From the NCBI GenBank assembly GCA_027064425.1, contig JAMOPO010000052.1:1-64000 (forward strand): a stretch of 64,000 bases of DNA. The letters are read 5' to 3'. Shown in pieces: positions 29,041 through 36,374 of the stretch. Numbering within the stretch: position 1 is the stretch's first letter; every line of letters starts with the position of its first letter. The position numbers and the translations under genes are program-made. The stretch is from Methanobacteriota archaeon (GTDB taxonomy: Archaea > JAADCQ01 > Methanopyri > Methanopyrales > Methanopyraceae). Below the pieces are notes generated by a model, which searched no databases, was not told where the DNA came from, and saw only the letters and a program-made list of their open reading frames with translations.

Positions 29041-29055
29041 GTTATATTTTTCTCC
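29041..29055 (-). promoter_or_regulatory. Putative BRE/TATA promoter upstream of the methyltransferase/pilus genes
   Basis: GGAGAAAAATATAAC on the minus strand in otherwise GC-rich intergenic DNA. Confidence 0.55.
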
Positions 29056-29363
29056 AAGTAAACGAGCCGCCGGGGGCTTACGCCTCCCGGCGGCCCCGCG
29101 GTGGAGTACTCTCCGCTCGGTGTGCGCACATCGGATTCACTCTACTGGGTCCGCCGGCAGCGGGCGCTCCGTCAGGGCGCGCGCCGCCCTGACCGTTCGT
29201 CGCTCCCCCTCGGTCGACCCTCCACGGATGGGGGCTACCTCCGAAAGTGTGGATCACGCTGTGACGGTGTGGGAGCCTCGCGCGGGCTGGCCGCTCCGAG
29301 AGCGGCTACAGTGGAACGATTGAGAGGGTGATCGGAACGGGGTGCCCCGGCACCGCGGGCCGC

Positions 29364-29389
29364 ATCGTTACGAGACTCGTAACGATTCC
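29364..29389. repeat. Dyad motif ATCGTTACGAG-A-CTCGTAACGAT-TCC, copy 2, in the 3' trailer of tRNA-Leu
   Basis: Perfect 11-bp inverted repeat; matches 12166-12189 with one compensatory pair change. Confidence 0.85.
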
Positions 29390-29392
29390 GGC

Positions 29393-29482
29393 TGGTGCGG
29401 GGGCCGGGATTTGAACCCGGGACGGCCCTACGGCCACGGGATCCTAAGTCCCGCCCCTTTGACCAGGCTCGGGCGCCCCCGC
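29393..29482 (-). tRNA. tRNA-Leu(TAG), long variable arm, encoded CCA, C at position 8
   Basis: GCGGGGG/CCCCCGC acceptor stem, CGGGA-CTTAGGA-TCCCG anticodon arm, TTCAAAT T-loop. Confidence 0.97.
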
Positions 29483-29510
29483 GCCTCCAGGCGGACCCTC
29501 GGCGCGTCGG

Positions 29511-29526
29511 TATTTAACGTTTTCCC
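29511..29526 (-). promoter_or_regulatory. BRE/TATA promoter of tRNA-Leu
   Basis: GGGAAAACGTTAAATA on the minus strand ~30 nt upstream of the tRNA. Confidence 0.7.
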
Positions 29527-30761
29527 TACAGCGGCACGTGCGACCGTCTCAGGGGCGGCTCCCACCCCCGCCAGTCCATGTCGTACGGGGTCACCTTGGG
29601 CGGTACGCGGTCCACCTCGTAGTATAACCATGCCTCGAACGGCGGACTCAGGCCCCTCCCCCAGGGCTCACGGTATCGCTTGAGCCGGTTGACGATCACC
29701 GGCTTCATGCTGTTCCAGCCCGGGTACTTCTGCCAGAACTCCTTCCAGTGGAGTGCCTGCGTCATCGTGACGGCGTACAGCGAGGACATCACGCAGCAGG
29801 GGAGCTCCCACCACGCGGGCCCCAGCAGCAGCGCCGAGGCCGTCCCGAACCTGTAGATTACCAGCCCGGAGGACATGCACACTAGGGCCGCCAGGCGCAC
29901 CTTGGTCCACTCTGGCCTTCTCGCCATCAGGGCCCCGGCGATCGGTAAGGCGACGAGGTAGAACCACGTCGGCACCGCGCTCTCGAAGGTCTCCGGCGGG
30001 CTCCACTCCCTTATGTTCCCGATCAGCTTCGGAACCAGGCCGGGGGAGTGGTAGGTCAGCAGCCCGTGGGATGCGGTTCCGGGGATCGCCACGGTGACGC
30101 CCGCGCCCAGCGAGAATCCGGCTAGCACCGCCAGGAGCTTGACCCGGGCGCGCCTCGGGACGTCCGGGACCAGGGCCGTCAGTCCGAAGATCACCGGGAC
30201 CTCGGGCCATCCATCGTAGCATGCCCCGGTGATCGATCCCAGCGCTCCCGCCGTCAGCGCCCGGACTCGAACGCTCCGGCGCGGGGGGTCGTGCAGCAGG
30301 GTGGAGAGTGCCAGGGTGCCGAGGATGGGGTACGTGAGCAGGCAGATCGTGCGCTTGCCGCCCAGGAACCCGGCGTAGTGAAGGTTGTAAACGGCGGTGA
30401 CGAACCACGGTACGACCGTACCCATTCTCGGCTCGATCAGCCAGGAGATCACCGACGCGGTGACGCCGAAGATCAGGGCGAGGATGAATCGGTAGTCGTG
30501 GTGCGGGCCGGCTCGGGGGTCGACGAGCAGGGAGGAGAGCGCGATGATCGGGCTCTTGTAGATGAACGGCGGCTGGTCCTCCCTCCACCAGCTGACCTTC
30601 GGGTAGTCGCCGTGCTTCGCGTAGTACTTCGCGATGAACCCGTAGTAAAACCAGTCCGGAGCGTTCGACGGCCAGAGGTGGGAGAGGTAGGTGGAGAGGG
30701 CGAGCGTGGCCAGGCCGGCGAGGAAGATCGCGAGGCGGAGCCGGGCCTTCCGGTCTCTCAC
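29526..30761 (-). CDS. Polytopic membrane protein, GT-C/STT3(AglB)-like glycosyltransferase
   Basis: PDWFYY in the first external loop, NIREW (TIxE-like), about 10 TM helices; no WWDYG. Confidence 0.55.
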   Translation of the reverse strand: MRDRKARLRLAIFLAGLATLALSTYLSHLWPSNAPDWFYYGFIAKYYAKHGDYPKVSWWREDQPPFIYKSPIIALSSLLVDPRAGPHHDYRFILALIFGVTASVISWLIEPRMGTVVPWFVTAVYNLHYAGFLGGKRTICLLTYPILGTLALSTLLHDPPRRSVRVRALTAGALGSITGACYDGWPEVPVIFGLTALVPDVPRRARVKLLAVLAGFSLGAGVTVAIPGTASHGLLTYHSPGLVPKLIGNIREWSPPETFESAVPTWFYLVALPIAGALMARRPEWTKVRLAALVCMSSGLVIYRFGTASALLLGPAWWELPCCVMSSLYAVTMTQALHWKEFWQKYPGWNSMKPVIVNRLKRYREPWGRGLSPPFEAWLYYEVDRVPPKVTPYDMDWRGWEPPLRRSHVPL

Positions 30762-30770
30762 GGTACCACC

Positions 30771-32066
30771 TCACGGGTGGAGGCGCTTTCGGTCGCGCGG
30801 GAACAGGGTCACCTCCCTGATGTTCTCCATCCCCGTGATGGTCATCAGCGTGCGCTCGAGGCCGAGGCCCCAGCCTCCGTGAGGCGGCATCCCGTACTTG
30901 AACGCCTCGAGGTAGTGCTTGAAGTCGTCCGGGTTCAGCCCCTGCTCCTTGATCTGATTCACCAGGATCTCGTACCGGTGCTCGCGCTGGGCGCCCGAGG
31001 CCAGCTCCAGGCCCTGGTACATCAGGTCGAAGGCTCGGGTCACCTCGTCGTCCTTGGCCATGGTGTAGAAGGGTCGGGTCTCTCGCGGCCACTCGGTGAT
31101 GAAGATCGGCTCGTCGAAGATCTCTCCCAGCTTGCGCTCGGCCTCCGTGGGCAGGTCCTCGCCCCACTCGACCTCCACGCCGTGCTCCGAGAGCAGGTCC
31201 AACGTCTCCTCGTACGTGAGCCGCTCGAAGGGGGTCTCGAGCTCGGGGAGCTCCACGTCGAGCGTCTTCAGCTCCTCCTCACACTCCTCGGTGACGCGCC
31301 GGAACACGTGCGCGAGCAGCTCCTCGAGGACGCGCATGACGTCCTCCTCGCTCTCGATGAAGGACATCTCGATGTCCACGGAGATGGCCTCGTTCAGGTG
31401 CCGCCGCGTGTTGTGCTCCTCCGCGCGGAAGATGGGGCCGATCTCGTACACGCGCTCGAAGCCGGCCGCCATGAGCATCTGCTTGTACAGCTGCGGGCTC
31501 TGGGCCAGGTACGCGTCCTGCTCGAAGTACACGACCGGGAAGAGCTCGGTGCCGCCCTCCGTGGCGGACGCGATGATCTTCGGCGTGTGCACCTCGATGA
31601 ACCCGCGGTCCTCGAGGAACTCCCGGATCGCCGTCGTCACCACGTCCCGGATCCGGAAGACCGCCCGCGGTTCCTCCCGCCGCAGGTCGAGCACGCGCGC
31701 GTCCAGCCGCGTGTCCAGGTCCGCGTCCACCTTGCCCGTCGGGTCCAGGGGCAGGTGCGTCTCGGACTCGGAGAGCACCTCGAGCTCCTCCGGGATGACC
31801 TCCACCCCACCCGGGGCCTGCTCGTTCGCCTGAACGGTGCCCCTGACCCGAATCACCGACTCCTTCTTCAGCTTCGGGACCTTCTCGAACACCTCCTCCG
31901 GCACCTTCTGCCGCGGGCAGGTGATCTGCACGATGCCGGAGCGGTCGCGGAGCAGCAGGAACTTGATCCCACCCAGGTCCCGGATCTCGTGCACCCAGCC
32001 CGCGAGCGTGACCTCCTCACCGTCCCGATCCGGGGTGACCTCTGCGGCCTGCGTGTCCTTCAGCAC
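30771..32066 (-). CDS. aspS: Aspartate--tRNA ligase, probably non-discriminating (Asp/Asn)
   Basis: GWVHEIRDLGG and APGG (His and Pro typical of the ND type), LAQSPQLYKQ, FRAEE, LFPRD. Confidence 0.96.
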   Translation of the reverse strand: MLKDTQAAEVTPDRDGEEVTLAGWVHEIRDLGGIKFLLLRDRSGIVQITCPRQKVPEEVFEKVPKLKKESVIRVRGTVQANEQAPGGVEVIPEELEVLSESETHLPLDPTGKVDADLDTRLDARVLDLRREEPRAVFRIRDVVTTAIREFLEDRGFIEVHTPKIIASATEGGTELFPVVYFEQDAYLAQSPQLYKQMLMAAGFERVYEIGPIFRAEEHNTRRHLNEAISVDIEMSFIESEEDVMRVLEELLAHVFRRVTEECEEELKTLDVELPELETPFERLTYEETLDLLSEHGVEVEWGEDLPTEAERKLGEIFDEPIFITEWPRETRPFYTMAKDDEVTRAFDLMYQGLELASGAQREHRYEILVNQIKEQGLNPDDFKHYLEAFKYGMPPHGGWGLGLERTLMTITGMENIREVTLFPRDRKRLHP

Positions 32067-33379
32067 GCCCGGTCCCCCCGAGATCGCTCCGATCTGACCC
32101 TCGCGGCCTCGGCGTGGTTCGGCAGGCCCTCCCGCGCGGCCAGCTCCTCCACCACGGGGAGCAGGGCCTCGACGTCCGCCTCGTCGAGCCGCTGGTACAG
32201 GATGAACTTAAGGAAGTCCCAGGGCCCGAGCGCCCCACGCGCCCGGGCGAACCCGCCCGTCGGCAGCACGTGGTTGGGCCCGGCGGCGTAGTCACCGAAC
32301 GGGACGGCGGAGAGGTGACCGACGAAGACCGCGCCCGCGTTCTCGACCCGTGGCAGCAGCTCCTCCGGGCGCTCAACCGAGAGCTGGAGGTGCTCCGGGG
32401 CGTACTCGTTCGCCACCCTCACGCACTCCTCCAGCGAGTCCAGAACCACGATCCAACCGTGCTCGTCCAGCGCGCTCGTGACCACGTCCTTCCGGTCGAT
32501 TCCACCCTTTAGGATCTCTTCCACGCGGTCCTTCACCTCGCGGGCCAGCTCCTCGGAGTCCGTCAGGAGCACGGCGGAGGACTCCGGGTCGTGCTCGGCC
32601 TGCGCGATCAGGTCCCAGGCCAGCCACTCCGGGTCGGCCGACTCGTCCGCGATTATCAGGATCTCCGTGGGCCCGGCCGGCATGTCCACGTCCACGCCGG
32701 CCCGCGTGTAGGCCAGAAGCTTCGCGGCGGTGACGTACACGTTCCCCGGGCCCACGATCTTGTCCACGCGCGGGATCGCGTCGGTCCCCACCGCCAGCGC
32801 GGCCACCGCCTGCGCGCCACCCACCCGGAAGATCGCGTCCGCGCCCGCAATGTCCGCCGCCACGAGCACCTCGGGCGAGGCTCGCACCGCGTTGTCCGCG
32901 GGCGGGGTGCACACGTAGACCCGATCGCATCCCGCCACCTTGGCCGGGATCACCGTCATCAGGGCCGTGGACGGGTACGCGGCCCGCCCCCCTGGGACGT
33001 AGCACCCCACGGTCGGAACCGGCCGGACGAGCACGCCGCACTCGGTTCCCTCCACCGACACCGAGAGGGAGTCCCAGTCCGGGGCGACCTTACGGTGGAA
33101 CTCCTCGATGCGATCCGCCGCGCGCTCGATCGCGTCCAGCGTCGCATCGTCCACGAGCTCCATCGCCCGCTCCACGTCGTCCTCCGACACGCGCAGCTCG
33201 TCCGCCTCGAGCTCGACCCCGTCGAACCGCTCCGTGTACTCCAGCAGCGCCTCGTCACCACGCTCCCGCACGTCCTCGAAGATCTCCTCCACGTCCGGAA
33301 GGACCTCCTCGACGCGCACCTCCGACCGCCTCAGCACCTCCCGGAGCTCCCGCTCGCTAGGATTCACCAGCATCCTCAT
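32060..33379 (-). CDS. hisD: Histidinol dehydrogenase
   Basis: YVPGGRAAYPST, GPGNVYV, AQAEHD, APEHL, GPNHVLPT. Confidence 0.97.
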   Translation of the reverse strand: MRMLVNPSERELREVLRRSEVRVEEVLPDVEEIFEDVRERGDEALLEYTERFDGVELEADELRVSEDDVERAMELVDDATLDAIERAADRIEEFHRKVAPDWDSLSVSVEGTECGVLVRPVPTVGCYVPGGRAAYPSTALMTVIPAKVAGCDRVYVCTPPADNAVRASPEVLVAADIAGADAIFRVGGAQAVAALAVGTDAIPRVDKIVGPGNVYVTAAKLLAYTRAGVDVDMPAGPTEILIIADESADPEWLAWDLIAQAEHDPESSAVLLTDSEELAREVKDRVEEILKGGIDRKDVVTSALDEHGWIVVLDSLEECVRVANEYAPEHLQLSVERPEELLPRVENAGAVFVGHLSAVPFGDYAAGPNHVLPTGGFARARGALGPWDFLKFILYQRLDEADVEALLPVVEELAAREGLPNHAEAARVRSERSRGDRAC

Positions 33380-34130
33380 CGGCCAGCACCCTCAGCCGCC
33401 GGGAGATGTGCTCCAACACCTCCGCCAGGACCGCGTCGTTATCGTACGCGTCCAGCACCTCCCGGGCCCTCTCCTTATCCATGTTTTCGTACTCGCGAGC
33501 GATCTTCCTCACGCACCTGACCACGTTGTCCACGATCGTGATGTCCGCGTCCCGGGCCGTCCGGGAGAGCGGGTTCAGGTCGATGGCGGCGACCCGCTTC
33601 CCCAGCTCCTTCAACGCCCGCGTCCGGTCCCCATCCTCCAGCGGCACGAGGACGAAGTCCGCCCGGTAGATCCCGCGCTCGTCCACGATCCCTCGGCGGG
33701 AGGAGAGGTTCGGAAGCCGGGTGAGGTGCTCCCGATCCACCCCGAGCACGTCCCGGGCGCCGGCCTCCTCCAGCACCTCGCGGATCCTGCGCGCCCGCTC
33801 CTCCGTGCGGTGGAACAGGTTCACCTCGAGGGGGGCGCCGGTGACCTCGGACAGCTCCACCAGCTCGTCCGGGCACAGCGCGGCCACGTTCCCGTTCACG
33901 GAGATCACCGGGCGCTCCGCGAGGTGGAACGCGGCCGCGGTGGCACGGATCGCGCGGCGCGCCGGCGGGATCGTCCGCTCCCCGATCAGGTAGTCAAACG
34001 CCTCCCCACGCCCGTGCGCGATCAGCCCCTGCGGGACCACGTAACCCTCCTCGAACCCGCTGACCAGACGCTCCCGGATCCGAAGAACCTCCGCCCGGGG
34101 ATGATCAGGAGGAATCTCCTCCACCACCAT
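33357..34130 (-). CDS. Phosphopantothenate synthetase (archaeal PPS)
   Basis: AHGRGEAFDYLIGE, SVNGN, PLEDGDR, IDLNPLSRT. Confidence 0.93.
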   Translation of the reverse strand: MVVEEIPPDHPRAEVLRIRERLVSGFEEGYVVPQGLIAHGRGEAFDYLIGERTIPPARRAIRATAAAFHLAERPVISVNGNVAALCPDELVELSEVTGAPLEVNLFHRTEERARRIREVLEEAGARDVLGVDREHLTRLPNLSSRRGIVDERGIYRADFVLVPLEDGDRTRALKELGKRVAAIDLNPLSRTARDADITIVDNVVRCVRKIAREYENMDKERAREVLDAYDNDAVLAEVLEHISRRLRVLADEDAGES

Positions 34131-35247
34131 CTCCCCCGAGCCGCTCGATGAGCAGGTCCCGGAGGACCCGGGCCAGCTCGGTCTTGGGACCGCGCACGCG
34201 CTCCACGACCTCCCCGTCGCGGTCCAGGATCCACCACTCCGATTCCTCCGCGCCCAGGGTCTCCGGCGGGTTCGCCACCACCAGGTCGCAGGGGACTCTC
34301 TCCAGGAGCCTCCGCGCGCCCTTCACCGGCTCCGGGTCCACCTTGAACGCCACCTTCACACCGTCGAACTCCGGGAAGACCTCCTCGATGATCTTCGGGG
34401 TCGGAACGAGCTCCACCGTGTGGCGCGACCGGGAGTCTAGCTTCCCCCTCGCCCGCTCCCGGGGTCGGAAGTCCGACGGGGCGGCCGCCATCACGATCGC
34501 GTCGACGTCTCCGACCCGCTTCCGAACCTCCTCCAGCATCTCCTCGGTGGTGCGCACCTCCACCCGCTCGTCCGCTCGGGCCTCCTCTCGCATGGGTCCG
34601 TGGACGAGGATGACCTCGGCGCCCGCGGCGCGGAGCTGCTCGCAGATGCGGGCGGCGGTCTCCCCGGAGCTCGGGTTGGTGATCACGCGAACGTCGTCCA
34701 GGGGCTCGAGGGTGGGGCCGCCGGTGACGAGGATCCTCACCCCGGACAGCTCGCCCTCGACGGCGCGAACGAGCTCCTCCAGCTCGGCCAGCTTGGCCTT
34801 GCCCTCCTCGAGCCGGGGCGGGACGACGACCGCGCCCATTTCTTCCAGCCGCCTGAGGGCGCGGCGGGCCGGGGGCGACCGGTACATGTGCTCGGACATG
34901 GCGGGGGCGACGACCAATCGTTTCCCGGCGCCTAACGATGCGAGCGCGGTGAGGGTGACGGGAGTGTCGGCGATCCCGTACGCGAGCTTGGCCAGGGTGT
35001 TCAGGGTGGCCGGGGCGACCAGCACCGCGTCCGCCCACTCGGCGAGCTCCACGTGCTCGGCCCGCTCCGTAAGCTCGGTGATCACCTCCTCGGCGGCGAA
35101 GCCCAGCGCGTCCCTCCCCACGAACCGTAGGGCCTCCTCCGACGCGACGACCCGGACCTCATGACCCCGCCGGGAGAGCTCCAGGCAGAGGTCGGGGACG
35201 CGATAGGCGGCGACGCTGCCCGTGACGCCGACGACGACGTTAGCCAA
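34105..35247 (-). CDS. coaBC: Phosphopantothenoylcysteine decarboxylase/synthetase
   Basis: GVTGSVAAY, APATLNTLAK, TGGPTLEPLDDVRVITNPSSG. Confidence 0.95.
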   Translation of the reverse strand: MANVVVGVTGSVAAYRVPDLCLELSRRGHEVRVVASEEALRFVGRDALGFAAEEVITELTERAEHVELAEWADAVLVAPATLNTLAKLAYGIADTPVTLTALASLGAGKRLVVAPAMSEHMYRSPPARRALRRLEEMGAVVVPPRLEEGKAKLAELEELVRAVEGELSGVRILVTGGPTLEPLDDVRVITNPSSGETAARICEQLRAAGAEVILVHGPMREEARADERVEVRTTEEMLEEVRKRVGDVDAIVMAAAPSDFRPRERARGKLDSRSRHTVELVPTPKIIEEVFPEFDGVKVAFKVDPEPVKGARRLLERVPCDLVVANPPETLGAEESEWWILDRDGEVVERVRGPKTELARVLRDLLIERLGGDGGGGDSS

Positions 35248-35761
35248 ACGTGACCTCCACCTCCATCCCCGTCAGCTCCTTGATCGCCTCCTGGATCTCG
35301 TCTACCGGCGCCGGCACCCGATTCCGGTCCCGGTGGTGGATGACCGCCTTGTACCGCTTCTCGTCGGGCTCGAACACGATGTTCACGCTGAGCAGCCGGG
35401 CGGGTAGGATCAGGTCCTGTATCACCTTACGCAGCTGCTTGATGTCCTCCGGGTTCTCCACCTCCTCCACGACCCGCACCTTCTTCTCGAGGTGCTCGGA
35501 CAGCGCCCTGGACACCCGGCCCCCCTTGCCGATCAGCTTGCCCGCCATCCCCGGCTTCGTGACCAGGACCACGAGGCTCCCCGTGTCGATGGTCCTCAGC
35601 AGGACCACGTCCTCCAGCGACGGGTACTCCTCCTTCAGCTCCACCAGCTTCTTCGAGACCTCCACGTCCGTCTCCGTGATCTCCCCTTTCTCCAGCTTCT
35701 CCTCGCATCCCGGACAGAGAAGTCCCGTCTTCGCGCACACCTCGCAGATGGGCAGCTCCAA
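35240..35761 (-). CDS. NusA-like KH-domain protein with N-terminal zinc finger
   Basis: PICEVCAKTGLLCPGC; LIGKGG KH motif. Confidence 0.8.
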   Translation of the reverse strand: MELPICEVCAKTGLLCPGCEEKLEKGEITETDVEVSKKLVELKEEYPSLEDVVLLRTIDTGSLVVLVTKPGMAGKLIGKGGRVSRALSEHLEKKVRVVEEVENPEDIKQLRKVIQDLILPARLLSVNIVFEPDEKRYKAVIHHRDRNRVPAPVDEIQEAIKELTGMEVEVTFG

Positions 35762-35857
35762 GCCGATACCCCCGCGGAGAAGAATCAGGTCGTGGGAGGC
35801 CCGGACTGAGTCGTTAAAAAGTTGACCCGCGGCGCCCAGGGCCCGCGTACCCCATTC

Positions 35858-35873
35858 CCGAAAGCATTATACC
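35858..35873 (+). promoter_or_regulatory. BRE/TATA promoter of alba
   Basis: CCGAAAGCATTATACC; near-identical to the cdh promoter. Confidence 0.7.
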
Positions 35874-35917
35874 GGCTTCCCCCAGGCCCCGGACGGGCGC
35901 GAACGGGGGGTGCGAGG

Positions 35918-36199
35918 ATGGCAGAGGAAGAGAACGTCGTCTACGTCGGCAGCAAGCCGGTAATGAACTACGTTTTGGCCTGTATTACGCAGTTCAACGA
36001 GGGTGCTAACGAGGTCCGAATCAAGGCCAGGGGCCGGGCCATCAGCCGGGCCGTCGACGTCGCCGAGATCGTCAGGAACCGGTTCATGCCGGAGGTAGAG
36101 GTGAAGGACATCAAGATTGGAACCGAGGAGCTGGAGACGGAGGAGGGCGACACGGTTAACGTGTCCACCATCGAGATCGTGCTGGAGAAGTCCGTCTAG
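35918..36199 (+). CDS. albA: Chromatin protein Alba
   Basis: [38 protein letters not shown]. Confidence 0.97.
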   Translation: MAEEENVVYVGSKPVMNYVLACITQFNEGANEVRIKARGRAISRAVDVAEIVRNRFMPEVEVKDIKIGTEELETEEGDTVNVSTIEIVLEKSV

Positions 36200-36216
36200 C
36201 TCCTCACCGCTCCGCA

Positions 36217-36231
36217 GCTCTTTCTTTCTTC
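36217..36231 (+). terminator. Pyrimidine-rich archaeal terminator after alba
   Basis: CTCTTTCTTTCTT tract ~20 nt after the stop codon. Confidence 0.55.
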
Positions 36232-36276
36232 AAGCAACGCCCGGCCCCGACCCCGCCCGGCCGCGCTAATTCTCGA

Positions 36277-36292
36277 CCGAAAAACTTATACC
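36277..36292 (+). promoter_or_regulatory. BRE/TATA promoter of the cdh operon
   Basis: CCGAAAAACTTATACC ~85 nt upstream of cdhA. Confidence 0.7.
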
Positions 36293-36374
36293 ACCCCTCG
36301 CGGCGGTCCGCCGGGATCTCCCGAAACACCTTTCGCCTTGCCCCGAAGCCCGGCCGCGGCCCGGGTGGTCGTGA

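Noticed and set aside
29101-29331. 76-aa + strand ORF
   Set aside because: No RBS, atypical composition and no motif.
29060-29354. Possible RNase P or SRP RNA (GGGGGCTTA seen)
   Set aside because: The GAGGAA-type P4 5' strand and the SRP helix-8 motif were not found on either strand.
12166-29482. Pilus locus as a classical integrated island between tRNAs
   Set aside because: No integrase and no duplicated tRNA 3' fragment; the two tRNAs are different full-length genes. Kept only as a minor alternative under the dyad finding.
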